Shown: positions 39,699 through 48,921, counted from the first letter of the stretch. The stretch is DNA of 64,000 nt from Thalassobaculaceae bacterium (GCA_965228875.1 OZ245843.1:2896616-2960615); one strand, 5' to 3'. The notes: a model not told the origin generated them from the letters alone. Made by a program: numbers and translations.

Positions 39699-40645
39699 GT
39701 CTCGCGCTTCCCCATCAGCCCGGTCGGCCGGAAGATCAGGATCAGGATCAGCAGGATGTAGGGCAGAATGGGCGCCACCTGCGGCAGCGACAGGCTCCAC
39801 AGGTCGCGTAGCACATGGTCGGCGTCGAAGCTCACGCCCAGGATGTCGAGGAGGTCGGTCACCGACCAGTCGAGGGCGATGGCGAAGGTCTGCAGCCAGC
39901 CGATCAGCAGGGAGGCGACGAACGCGCCCGGCAGCGAGCCGAGACCGCCGACCACGATAACCACGAAGACGATCGAGCCGAGCACGAAGGCCATGCCCGG
40001 AAACGTGCCGAGCGCCGGCCCGGCGATCACGCCGGCGAGCCCGGCCAGGGCCGAGCCGACGCCGAACACGCCCATGAAGACCAGCGGCACGTTGTGGCCG
40101 AGGTTGGAGACGGTGTGCGGATGGGTGATCGCCGCCTGGATGATCAGCCCGACCCGCGAGCGGCTGAGAACGGTGAACAGGCCGATGAAGATGGCCACCG
40201 AGATGGCGATCATGAAGGCCTTGTAGGCGGGGAAGTTCTGGCCGAACAGCGTGAAGAGCGGGAACTGCAGGAGGTCCGGCTCGGTGTAGTCCTTTGTCGC
40301 CTTCCCCCAGAAGAACTGCACGATCTCCTCGATGAGGAATGCGAGGCCGAAGGTGAAGATCAGCTCGGCGACATGGCCGTGGCGGTGCACGTGACGTAGG
40401 CCATAGCGCTCGACCAGGGCACCGGCGACACCGACCAGCAGCGGCGCGACGATCAGCCCCGTCCAGAACCCGAGATAGGTGGAGATCGTGTAGGCGAAAT
40501 AGGCGCCCAGCATGTAGAAACTGGCATGGGCGAAGTTGAGCACGCCCATCATGCTGAAGATCAGCGTGAGTCCGCTCGACAGCATGAACAGCAGCAGTCC
40601 CGTGACCAGGCCGTTCAGCAGGGAGAAGATCACCAGTTCGGTCAT
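39695..40645 (-). CDS. branched-chain amino acid-type ABC permease (LivH-like)
   Basis: GLTLIFSMMGVLNFAH, VGGLGSLPGA, RPTGL.G. Confidence 0.93.
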   Translation of the reverse strand: MTELVIFSLLNGLVTGLLLFMLSSGLTLIFSMMGVLNFAHASFYMLGAYFAYTISTYLGFWTGLIVAPLLVGVAGALVERYGLRHVHRHGHVAELIFTFGLAFLIEEIVQFFWGKATKDYTEPDLLQFPLFTLFGQNFPAYKAFMIAISVAIFIGLFTVLSRSRVGLIIQAAITHPHTVSNLGHNVPLVFMGVFGVGSALAGLAGVIAGPALGTFPGMAFVLGSIVFVVIVVGGLGSLPGAFVASLLIGWLQTFAIALDWSVTDLLDILGVSFDADHVLRDLWSLSLPQVAPILPYILLILILIFRPTGLMGKRET

Positions 40646-40731
40646 TGGCTCATCCCGTCATCGGCGTGAACGGGCACCGGCAGCGCTGTCCGCGGGCGGA
40701 GGCGATGCCGGTGCCGTCAGGGGGGCCGGGA

Positions 40732-41982
40732 TCAGGTCTTGGGCCGCTTCATCTTGCAGCTGGTCGGGCTGTCCTTGCCGGCCATGGTCACCGTCGACTC
40801 GTCGACCAGACCGAAGCCGGAATTGTCGGCATCGATGACAACGCCCTCGTCGGTGTGAACCGAGATGTGCACGTCCTGGATCGCCTGGTGATCGGACGGG
40901 CGCATCCACACCTTGCCCCCCATGATCGTCTCGTACTCCATCCCCTCGAGGGCGAGGGCGACCTGAACCGGGTCGGTCGATCCGGCCTTGTCGATCGCCG
41001 CCTTCAGCATGGCGACCACGTTGAAGATCCGCGCCTGGTTGATGTCGTTCTCCGGGTACTTGGCCTTGAACGCGTCGTTCAGCGCCTTGAACTCGGGGGT
41101 CGGCGGATTGAGCGTGCCCTCGCGCACCGTTCGGATGATGTTCTTGCCGAGCGGACCGAACGTCGCCGTGATCCCGTCATGGGCGGCGTAGTAGGTGTAG
41201 ATCGGCGAACTGACCCCGGACTCGATGATCGCCTTGCCGAGACCGACCATGTCCGCGCCCCAGTTGCCGGTGATGACCGCATCGGCGCCGGAGGCCTTGA
41301 TCTTGGTGGCATAGGGCGTGAAGTCCTTGACCTTGCCGATCGGGTGCAGCTCGTTGCCGACCACCTCGATGTCCGGTCGTTTCTCGCCGAGGAACTTCAC
41401 CGCGGCCGCCGCCACGGCCTTACCGAAGCTGTAGTCCTGGCCGATGATGTAGACCTTCTTGACGTCCTGGTTCCGCGCGATCACGTCGGTCAGCGCGTCC
41501 ATCTTGATGTCGGCATTGGCATCGAAACGGAAGTGCCAGAAATTGCACTTGTCGTTGGTCAGCGCCGGATCCACCGCCGAGTAGTTCAGGAACAGGACCC
41601 GCTGGTCGGGATTGCGCCTGTTGTGCTTCTCGATCGCGTCGGTCAGCGCGTTCGCCACGCCCGAGGAGTTGCCCTGGGCGACGAACTGGATTCCATCGCT
41701 GATCGCCCGCTTGAGCTGGATCAGGCTCTCTTTGGGACTGATCTTGTTGTCGAGCGGCACGATCTCGAACGTGCGCCCCCCGAGCACGCCCCCCTTCTCG
41801 TTCACCAGGGCCTCGGCGGCGAACTCGAACGACCGCAGGCCCGATTCGCCGGTCGTGGCGAACGGGCCGGACAGCGGGTCGATGAAGGCGATCTTGATGG
41901 GCTCGGCGGCCTGCGCGCCGGCCGACGCCGCCAACGCGATACCGATCGTGGCGGCCAGCGCCGCCCTACGGGTAAACGACAT
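40732..41982 (-). CDS. ABC transporter substrate-binding protein (LivK-like)
   Basis: Signal peptide, IKIAFIDPLSG, QGNSS, CNFWHFRFD, ITGNWG. Confidence 0.93.
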   Translation of the reverse strand: MSFTRRAALAATIGIALAASAGAQAAEPIKIAFIDPLSGPFATTGESGLRSFEFAAEALVNEKGGVLGGRTFEIVPLDNKISPKESLIQLKRAISDGIQFVAQGNSSGVANALTDAIEKHNRRNPDQRVLFLNYSAVDPALTNDKCNFWHFRFDANADIKMDALTDVIARNQDVKKVYIIGQDYSFGKAVAAAAVKFLGEKRPDIEVVGNELHPIGKVKDFTPYATKIKASGADAVITGNWGADMVGLGKAIIESGVSSPIYTYYAAHDGITATFGPLGKNIIRTVREGTLNPPTPEFKALNDAFKAKYPENDINQARIFNVVAMLKAAIDKAGSTDPVQVALALEGMEYETIMGGKVWMRPSDHQAIQDVHISVHTDEGVVIDADNSGFGLVDESTVTMAGKDSPTSCKMKRPKT

Positions 41983-42183
41983 GCTTTCCTCCCTCTCGGC
42001 CGTCCGGCTCCCACTTTTCAGGTGCGGGAGTCCGCCGACGTTTAAAGCATGACGAGAGGGTTCCGGAGGGTCAAGCGCGACGGCCGGGATCGCCGCCGAG
42101 GCCCGATTCGCACCTAACGGACGCGACCACGGTCGGGCATTCGCACAACCGTTCGGGAGTTATTCAAAGGTGTCGGGAAGGAA

Positions 42184-42288
42184 ATGGCGCGCCTCGACGG
42201 AGAAAGTTCGAAAGAACTCTTCAACACGCTGGCGGACTGGACGCACATAATCCGCCACGAACTGCCGCCGGTCGATCCGCGCCCTTAG
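42184..42288 (+). other. candidate attL: TGGCGCGCC core (antisense of a tRNA-Arg-type 3' end) with a 34-codon integrase-like C-terminal tail
   Basis: Reverse complement GGCGCGCCA is a CCA-ending tRNA terminus; frame reads MARLDGESSKELFNTLADWTHIIRHELPPVDPRP*. Confidence 0.6.
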
Positions 42289-42308
42289 ACTCCTGACAGT
42301 CTTTCTCC

Positions 42309-42349
42309 CAAAGCACCGCGGCGGTTCCGCCCAGGTGCTTTGTTTTTTT
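42309..42349 (+). terminator. intrinsic terminator after the integrase-like tail
   Basis: CAAAGCACC/GGTGCTTTG stem with inner GGCGG/CCGCC, then T7. Confidence 0.75.
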
Positions 42350-42417
42350 CAGGGATGATGGTTTCGTCAACCGGCGGCACTGCGGCAGCCGGAATTGATT
42401 TCACTGTCCGCTTTGCC

Positions 42418-42801
42418 ATGACTGATAAAACGCCGAAGACGATACCATTCTCTATACGCCTGACCCCGGCAGAACGCGCCGACCTGGAGCGCCGTGCGGG
42501 AAAGCAGGCGCTCGGCGACTACATCCGCGAACGACTGTTCGGAACGGCGAGCCGCCCGAACCAGATTGCCATCTCCGCCAAACCCCGCGCCGTGACCGCC
42601 GAGAGAGAGATGCTCGCGGCCGTGCTCGCTCGCCTCGGTCAGTCCGACCTCGCCCGCAGCATGGCAGCGCTCGCCCGATCCGCAAATATCGGCGCACTCC
42701 CGGTGTCCCCCGAGATCGAAGCCACCCTCGGGCAGGCTTGCCAGCATATCGCAGCAATGAAATCCGCCCTGATGGCCGCTCTCGGCATCAAGGAGGGGTG
42801 A
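42418..42801 (+). CDS. MobC-like ribbon-helix-helix relaxosome accessory protein
   Basis: PFSIRLT..ERA.LE..AG...LGDYIR; directly upstream of relaxase; ends LM.ALG. Confidence 0.75.
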   Translation: MTDKTPKTIPFSIRLTPAERADLERRAGKQALGDYIRERLFGTASRPNQIAISAKPRAVTAEREMLAAVLARLGQSDLARSMAALARSANIGALPVSPEIEATLGQACQHIAAMKSALMAALGIKEG

Positions 42802-42802
42802 C

Positions 42803-44212
42803 GTGATCCTCAAGGCCTCGCAACGGGGCGGTGGCAAGCAGCTCGCGCTTCATCTTCTCAACGCCATCGACAACGAGCACGTCGAGTTGCACGACCTGCG
42901 CGGCTTCGTCAGCGACGATCTGGTCGGCGCAATGAAAGAGGCGCATGCCGTCAGCCTGGGAACGCGATGCAGACAGTTTCTGTTCTCGGTATCGCTCAAT
43001 CCGCCGCCGAACGAAAACGTCTCGCCGGAAATGTTCGAGGACGCCCTGACGCGGATCGAGGCGAAGACCGGTTTGACCGGTCAGCCCCGCGCGGTCGTGT
43101 TCCACGAGAAGGAGGGTCGCAGGCACTGCCACGCCGTGTACTCGCGCATCGACGCCAACAGCATGACGGCGATCAACCTGCCTCACTTCAAGCTGAAGCT
43201 CCGGGACATCTCCAAACAGCTGTACCTGGAGAACGATTGGCGGTTGCCTGCCGGTCTCGTGGACAGCCAAGCCAGATCGCCGCTCAACTACACGCTGGCC
43301 GAGCATCAGCAGGCGAAGCGCATGAGTCGCGACGCGCGCGACCTCAAGGCAATGGCTCAGGAATGCTGGGCTGCATCGGATTCCGCCGCGGCTTTCGCGC
43401 ATGCGCTCAGAGAACGCGGCCTCACCCTGGCCCAGGGCGACCGGCGGGGCCATGTCGCCGTGACCCACGACGGCGAGGTGCTGGCGCTTGCCCGCTTGCT
43501 CGGCAGGAAAACGAAGGAGGTGCGTGCCCGCCTCGGAGAACCGGGCGCACTCCCCAGCGTGGATCAGGCGAAAGCCGACGCCGCCAAGGGCATGAGTGCC
43601 GCCTTTGCCCGGCACATCGCCGAGGCAAAGGATCAACACCGGCAGGCCATGTTGCCGCTGGATGCCCGCCGCCAAACGATGACGCACGCGCACCGGGCCG
43701 AGCGCCATATGCTCGATGCGGGCCAGAAGCATCGCTGGGAGGCCGAAACACTTGAGCGTTCCGGACGCCTCAACAAGGGGCTCCGCGGCCTGTGGGACAG
43801 GCTGACCGGCCGCCAAGGCGAAACCCAGCGTCGGAACATCGCCGAAGCCGCGACGGCGCTCCAACGTGACCGGCAGCAGCGTCAGGAACTCATCGCGGCG
43901 CAATTGGCCGAGCGGCGCGAGTTGCAGCAAGAGATCGCGGCCAAGCGGGCGGAGCAGGCAGTTCTGCTGCGCGAGCTGCGGGCCGAACGTGCGCCGTACC
44001 GGAACAAGCCGGAGCGGGACGGCCATCAGCATGGTTCGGCAGGCGAGAACGCCGAGCGACAGCGCCAGTCTCCGGCACCCGCACACTCTCCGGCGCTCAG
44101 GCCAATTTTCGCGGATATGGCTAAAGCGAATATCCCGAGGAAAGGACTGGAAGAGCGCCTGGAGCAGGTTCGCTCGGCCACGCCGCGGCTAGACCGGCAC
44201 TTGGAGCGATAG
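42803..44212 (+). CDS. relaxase (MobA/VirD2-like HUH endonuclease)
   Basis: VFHEKEGRRHCHAVYSRID three-His motif, SLNPP, LAQGDRRG, coiled-coil C-terminus; RBS AGGAGG. Confidence 0.88.
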   Translation: MILKASQRGGGKQLALHLLNAIDNEHVELHDLRGFVSDDLVGAMKEAHAVSLGTRCRQFLFSVSLNPPPNENVSPEMFEDALTRIEAKTGLTGQPRAVVFHEKEGRRHCHAVYSRIDANSMTAINLPHFKLKLRDISKQLYLENDWRLPAGLVDSQARSPLNYTLAEHQQAKRMSRDARDLKAMAQECWAASDSAAAFAHALRERGLTLAQGDRRGHVAVTHDGEVLALARLLGRKTKEVRARLGEPGALPSVDQAKADAAKGMSAAFARHIAEAKDQHRQAMLPLDARRQTMTHAHRAERHMLDAGQKHRWEAETLERSGRLNKGLRGLWDRLTGRQGETQRRNIAEAATALQRDRQQRQELIAAQLAERRELQQEIAAKRAEQAVLLRELRAERAPYRNKPERDGHQHGSAGENAERQRQSPAPAHSPALRPIFADMAKANIPRKGLEERLEQVRSATPRLDRHLER

Positions 44213-44334
44213 CAGTTTTCTCCGTTGCACTCGCCGAATCACCCAGATACCCCAAAATTTAGCCACCATAAAATCTAACTTGTATTTTCAGTATCCCTAA
44301 AATGATACTTATGAGCCCCGCAAATCAGTAAATA

Positions 44335-44781
44335 CTATCTGCTTTCTATTATTCTATTAAAATCCGAAATTATTTTATCACCCAATGTTTGCCCATCAGT
44401 TGCGGGTCTAACATGATAAATGTATCGTCTTTCACCGTTATAATATATATGCATTTCCGCATTAAGCCCGTTCCCGTCATTGTCGTCCGCTTCGATTATA
44501 GATACGTCATGGGGTGTCGCTCTCTCGTAGTACTCTGCGATTTGGTACGCAAATTTCGCTAGCTCATCACCACCACCATAAATCACTATGGCAAATCGCC
44601 CATTAGCAGATGAATTTACAGCGAGCAAATTAACTTGCTCCACTGTCTTGCTTTTATAAACATCGTGGCCAATTCTGCCATCACCGGCCACTGCAAGTGG
44701 CGCAACGGTCGCTGCCGCAGCAAAACCCATCATGGTCACGACGACGACCTGGCCTCTTAAGTTACATCTAAATCTTGCCAT
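44335..44781 (-). CDS. small exported hypothetical protein (AT-rich)
   Basis: Hydrophobic Ala-rich N-terminus ending AVA; open ~148 codons in low-GC DNA; start uncertain. Confidence 0.6.
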   Translation of the reverse strand: MARFRCNLRGQVVVVTMMGFAAAATVAPLAVAGDGRIGHDVYKSKTVEQVNLLAVNSSANGRFAIVIYGGGDELAKFAYQIAEYYERATPHDVSIIEADDNDGNGLNAEMHIYYNGERRYIYHVRPATDGQTLGDKIISDFNRIIESR

Positions 44782-44892
44782 TGGCTGTTCCAGACTTCTG
44801 TTTACAAGTGATCGCGCGAAGCGTGCATCAGACAATTGAATGCTACCCGAATCTTCGATGTCCTGGCCTTGAACGCGGCTCCGATAGTCGCG

Positions 44893-45348
44893 CTATCGTC
44901 CAAAATGCCGCGCCACCTCGGGGCGCGCAATCCGGAACGCCAGGTCGAGCAGCCGCAGCCGATCCAGCACGCGTAGTTGCGGTGCTTGGCGCGGAGAGTC
45001 GTCGGCGAAACGGATGAAGCCCGACAGCCAGCGGAAGCTGCCGTCATTGTTGAACGCATCGTCGATGTCCGTGTCGGACACCTCGAAGGGCTGTCCGTCC
45101 GCACCGACGATCTCGCCGCGATGGGCGTAGATGGTATCGGCGATCCAGTCAGGCATCTCCCGGCGCGAGATTTGGAGTTCGGCTTGCAGCGCCTTGGTCG
45201 CCATGGCCAGGCGCGCGAAGTACGAGCGCCGCCGGAGTTCCCGGTCGCTCGCCACGACGATGCGCCGCCACTTCCCGGTTTCGCCCGCAGATCGGTCGCA
45301 AGGGTTACAGACTACACGATTACATTTCGCACACAGGGGCATGGGCAT
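44893..45348 (-). CDS. hypothetical protein with N-terminal CxxC-x4-CxxC
   Basis: CAKCNRVVCNPC; RBS AAGGAG (start 45348 or 45342). Confidence 0.6.
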   Translation of the reverse strand: MPMPLCAKCNRVVCNPCDRSAGETGKWRRIVVASDRELRRRSYFARLAMATKALQAELQISRREMPDWIADTIYAHRGEIVGADGQPFEVSDTDIDDAFNNDGSFRWLSGFIRFADDSPRQAPQLRVLDRLRLLDLAFRIARPEVARHFGR

Positions 45349-45508
45349 TCTCCTTTTCTTTTGATTGCACACGGGTTGATCGGACAAAGTCCTGACCAAT
45401 CCCGTGTCCGCATCTCGAAAAGGAGGAGCGATATGGGGATTTCTGAAGACTAGACGATTCACAAGCCTGCGTAAAACGACCTAGGGAAGACAACGCGGGC
45501 CAAACCCC

Positions 45509-46243
45509 ATGCAAGCCTCTGATCCGGCACGTCAAATGCGGCGTGCTGATTCAAAATCTCGACCCCGGAAATCCGCCACCGGGAACCGATATCACCGGCG
45601 GGCGAAGGCATCCGAGTACACCACGCTCAAGATCCTGAGGGGCTTTGCAGAGGGCCGCACCGTGCAGAACCTGGCGCCCGGAATGCACGTCTCCGAGAAA
45701 ACCCTGCGGAACATCTATATGCGCCTGCGGCGAAAGCTGATGCGGGCGACCCTGCTGCATCCCCTGTCGTTCGGCGGGACCGGGCAGTTCCTCTACCGCG
45801 GCGGCGGGCTCAGCCCGAGCGGCAGCGCGATCCTCGCCTCGGTCCGCGAAAGCCGCCCCTATCGGCGGCATATGCGCATTCACGCGCCCCGCCTCGCCGA
45901 TCCCGCCGACGAGATGCACTACCTGTTCGAAGTCACCGCGCGGGTGTTCTGCCACATCGCCATGACCAAGACCCCGGAGATGCTGTACCCGCCGGATACG
46001 GTCGCCGCCCTTCGCTCGATGCGGGACATAGGTACGTGGATCGGGGCAAACCGTGCTGCGCTCGACGGGCGCGAGCGGTACCGCGACCTGCTGGCGCGTG
46101 CCGACGTTCTGGCATCACAAGTCGAAGCGCTGGCCGAGACCGACGCGCTGCTCAGCTTGCGAGACAGGTCGAGAGAGCACGCTTACGCTGAGAGCGTCCT
46201 CTACACCGACCTCAAGCGCTACCTGCCGACCGATCCGCTCTGA
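45509..46243 (+). CDS. HTH DNA-binding protein with IS1595-transposase-like N-terminus, no DDE domain
   Basis: NRYHRRAKASE....ILR.F....T...LA....VS...L..IY.RLR; remainder helical. Confidence 0.6.
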   Translation: MQASDPARQMRRADSKSRPRKSATGNRYHRRAKASEYTTLKILRGFAEGRTVQNLAPGMHVSEKTLRNIYMRLRRKLMRATLLHPLSFGGTGQFLYRGGGLSPSGSAILASVRESRPYRRHMRIHAPRLADPADEMHYLFEVTARVFCHIAMTKTPEMLYPPDTVAALRSMRDIGTWIGANRAALDGRERYRDLLARADVLASQVEALAETDALLSLRDRSREHAYAESVLYTDLKRYLPTDPL

Positions 46244-46371
46244 CCGGCACGCGGGTCGCATCCGCGGACGCACATTCGCCCGGGCATCCTCCCGTTCCGC
46301 CTTGCCAACCCCTCTACGGAAGACGGGTGACCTGCGGGTCACACCGTCCACCCCCAAGAGGAGATGCGCCC

Positions 46372-46647
46372 ATGGCCGAGCGGAAATCCTTCTTCGTCAA
46401 AGTCGGCTGGTGGTTCGCAGCCGTCCTCGCGGGTGTGGCGGCATTCGCAGGAACCGGCCCGGCCTACCACGCCACCGTCGACATGGTCTTCGACTTCGCC
46501 CTCGACCAGTACGGCGATCTCGTCGCCGTACTGGTCGTCTGGCTGTGGTGGGTCGTCGTCGCCGTCTTCCTGTTCCTGAGCGCCCTGCTGGCCATCGTCC
46601 TCAGCTTCGTAACCGCAGTGTTCGTGGTCGGACGGTGGCTCCAGTGA
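46372..46647 (+). CDS. small membrane protein (2-3 TM)
   Basis: 91 aa, strongly hydrophobic, RBS GAGGAG. Confidence 0.75.
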   Translation: MAERKSFFVKVGWWFAAVLAGVAAFAGTGPAYHATVDMVFDFALDQYGDLVAVLVVWLWWVVVAVFLFLSALLAIVLSFVTAVFVVGRWLQ

Positions 46648-46676
46648 TCCCCAAACCCTCGGAAGGAGGCACCCGC

Positions 46677-46904
46677 ATGTCGCGCACGCCGGAAACCATC
46701 GTCAACAAGACGGCCGTCACCATCCGCAACACCGTGATCAGTGCCGGTGTTCTCGCCTGGCTGATCGCCTGGGGCTCGTTCCTGAACGAGGACCAGAACG
46801 GCCAGGGCATCGTCTGCATCCTGATCGGCCTCGGCCTGTTCTGGCTCGCGGCCAAGATCAAGACGCATCACAGCAAGCGCGGTGAAGTCGGCATCTACGA
46901 CTGA
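46677..46904 (+). CDS. small membrane protein (2 TM)
   Basis: 75 aa, two hydrophobic helices, RBS AAGGAGG. Confidence 0.75.
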   Translation: MSRTPETIVNKTAVTIRNTVISAGVLAWLIAWGSFLNEDQNGQGIVCILIGLGLFWLAAKIKTHHSKRGEVGIYD

Positions 46905-46922
46905 CGCTACGGCAATTCCAGG

Positions 46923-46957
46923 GCGGCGGGGGCTTCGGCTCCCGCCGCTTCTCGTTT
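46923..46957 (+). terminator. hairpin with UUCG loop and T-rich tail upstream of virD4
   Basis: GCGGCGGGGGC-TTCG-GCTCCCGCCGC then TTCTCGTTT. Confidence 0.55.
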
Positions 46958-46970
46958 GAGGAGGTGAATC

Positions 46971-48593
46971 ATGGATCGATACGACGACGCCTTCCGGGAG
47001 GGACTCCGATACGGCAGCGCCGCATGGGCCGATGAGAGCGATTTGCGGAGAGCGGGTCTATTCGGGAAGCGCGGTCCTCAGATCGGCTACTGGCGGCACA
47101 GGCCAATCCGCATCGACGGCGACGCCCCGATGATCCTGTTCGGTGGGGCCGGTTCCGGGAAAATGCGTGACATACTGGCGTATGTTCTGTGCAACTCACC
47201 AGGCCAGCGGACGCTAGTGCTCGACCCCCGCGGCGAGGGTGCGGCGATCTCCCTGAACATCCATGCGCCGCATGGGGACGACGCCTATTGCTGGAACCCG
47301 ACGCGGTTCCCCTTCCTGCCCCACAATCAGTGCGATCCTCTCGACATCCTCAAGCCCGGCCGTCCGACCTTCCACGCCGACGTCAAGTTCGTTGCCGAAG
47401 CGCTGATCGCGATCAGCGGCTCCAGCAAAGAGGGATATTTCGAGAAGCGCGGGCGCGACTGGATTGGTGCGCTGATGGTCGACGAAGCCGAGGCCAAGGG
47501 CGGCGTCTCCCTTCCTGCCCTCAAGCGCGCCGTCGACAGCATCGATTCGGACTCCAATGTCTGGGCCGATCGCCTGAAGCGGATGCTGGCTTCGCCGCAC
47601 GACTATGTGCGCCGCACTGCGGGCGAAATGCTGACCAAGCAGCAGGACAGCCCGCGCGAGTTCGGCGCGACCATGGGCACTATCTACGGTGCGCTCGGGT
47701 TTCTGGACGACCCGGCGCTCGTGGCCTCGCTGGAGAACCCGGACTTCTCGCTCTCGGCACTGACCGATCCGCAGCGTCCGGCGAAGGTCTTCCTCAACGT
47801 CCCGGCCGAGTACCTCTCGATGTGGGCTCCGCTGATCCGGCTCTTCTTCACCGTCACCATGCTCTACAAGTCGCGCGCGCCCTCCGCGCCGCGCGTCATG
47901 CTGCTGGTCGACGAGGCGGGGCAGCTCGGACGCTTCGAGACGCTGCTGCGCGCCTTCACGTTCGGCCGAGGTGGAGGGATCAGGGCCTACGCGGTATTCC
48001 AGGACATAGGTCAGGTCGATCGCAACTACGGTTCGGCAGCGCGGCCGGGCTTCATCGGTTCCGCCCAGACCCGCCAGTTCTTCGGCGTGCGGGACTACGA
48101 GACCGCGCAGCTGGTTTCGAACATGCTCGGCACCGAGACGCTGGAATATGACGACGCGCTGCGCCAGGAGCAGGCACGGCGGCACAAGGAAGCGGCATTC
48201 CGTTCGATCTTCACCGACGATGCCGATCCCTTCGAAGCAGCCCGTGACTACGCCCACTACGCCCGCGAGCAGGCGAACCGCACCAAGCAGTCGCGCCGCC
48301 TGATGACGCCTGAGGAGGTCATGGCCTTGCCGGAGGACCGGCAGATTCTGTTCATCTCGGGCAAGGACCTGAACCCGATCCTTGCCTGGAAGTACCCGTA
48401 CTACACCCGCAGGGAGATGGCGGGCTTGTACCTGAACAACCCGTATCACCCGCCGATGGACAGGGTGCCCGTGCGCGGCTGGTTCGGCACGCGCTGGCGC
48501 GACATTGTCACCGGCCCGGTGCCGGAAAGGTACGCGGGTTTCCCCCAACACCGGGACGGAATGCGGCGATACGTGAAGGGGTACGAACTCTGA
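46971..48593 (+). CDS. virD4: type IV coupling protein (VirD4/TraG family) lacking N-terminal TM anchor
   Basis: YGSAAWA, Walker A GGAGSGKM, VLDPRGE, Walker B LLVDEAGQLG, FQDIGQ...YG, TA..VS..LG, R.LMTP.EV. Confidence 0.9.
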   Translation: MDRYDDAFREGLRYGSAAWADESDLRRAGLFGKRGPQIGYWRHRPIRIDGDAPMILFGGAGSGKMRDILAYVLCNSPGQRTLVLDPRGEGAAISLNIHAPHGDDAYCWNPTRFPFLPHNQCDPLDILKPGRPTFHADVKFVAEALIAISGSSKEGYFEKRGRDWIGALMVDEAEAKGGVSLPALKRAVDSIDSDSNVWADRLKRMLASPHDYVRRTAGEMLTKQQDSPREFGATMGTIYGALGFLDDPALVASLENPDFSLSALTDPQRPAKVFLNVPAEYLSMWAPLIRLFFTVTMLYKSRAPSAPRVMLLVDEAGQLGRFETLLRAFTFGRGGGIRAYAVFQDIGQVDRNYGSAARPGFIGSAQTRQFFGVRDYETAQLVSNMLGTETLEYDDALRQEQARRHKEAAFRSIFTDDADPFEAARDYAHYAREQANRTKQSRRLMTPEEVMALPEDRQILFISGKDLNPILAWKYPYYTRREMAGLYLNNPYHPPMDRVPVRGWFGTRWRDIVTGPVPERYAGFPQHRDGMRRYVKGYEL

Positions 48594-48615
48594 CCCCCGA
48601 ACGGAGGACCAGGCT

Positions 48616-48921
48616 ATGACGGACAACACCAACGACCAGAAGACCAATTCGTCCGGTTCGAAGAGCAAGCCCGCCCAGGACTTGTTCTTCGAGTCCACCG
48701 ATCCCAACACGTCCAACTACCCCGTTCGGATCGGTGCGCTGTTCGCGCATCGCGACGGCAAGGGCCACTCCATCGACGACAACGGCGTCCTTGGTTTGAA
48801 GGGCCGCCTGTTCACCCGGGACAGCAGCGAACGTCTCGAAAGGCTCCGGGGCAACAAGGAAGAGGCCCGCGACGGCAAGAATGCCGATCGCGGTGCAGAG
48901 CACGGCGAGACCGAGCGATGA
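48616..48921 (+). CDS. small hypothetical protein, possible ssDNA-binding fold
   Basis: RIGALFAHRDGKG.SI..GRL motif; RBS GGAGG. Confidence 0.6.
   Translation: MTDNTNDQKTNSSGSKSKPAQDLFFESTDPNTSNYPVRIGALFAHRDGKGHSIDDNGVLGLKGRLFTRDSSERLERLRGNKEEARDGKNADRGAEHGETER

Noticed and set aside
1..42000. Many long overlapping ORFs in the track (e.g. 1756-3951 -, 17163-19634 +, 29235-30986 -, 40645-42045 +)
   Set aside because: Antisense or frame-shifted shadows of well-supported genes in high-GC DNA; Arg/Pro/Gly-rich with no motifs
45509..46243. Intact IS1595-family insertion sequence
   Set aside because: Only the N-terminal HTH-like part is similar; no DDE catalytic motifs or terminal inverted repeats seen
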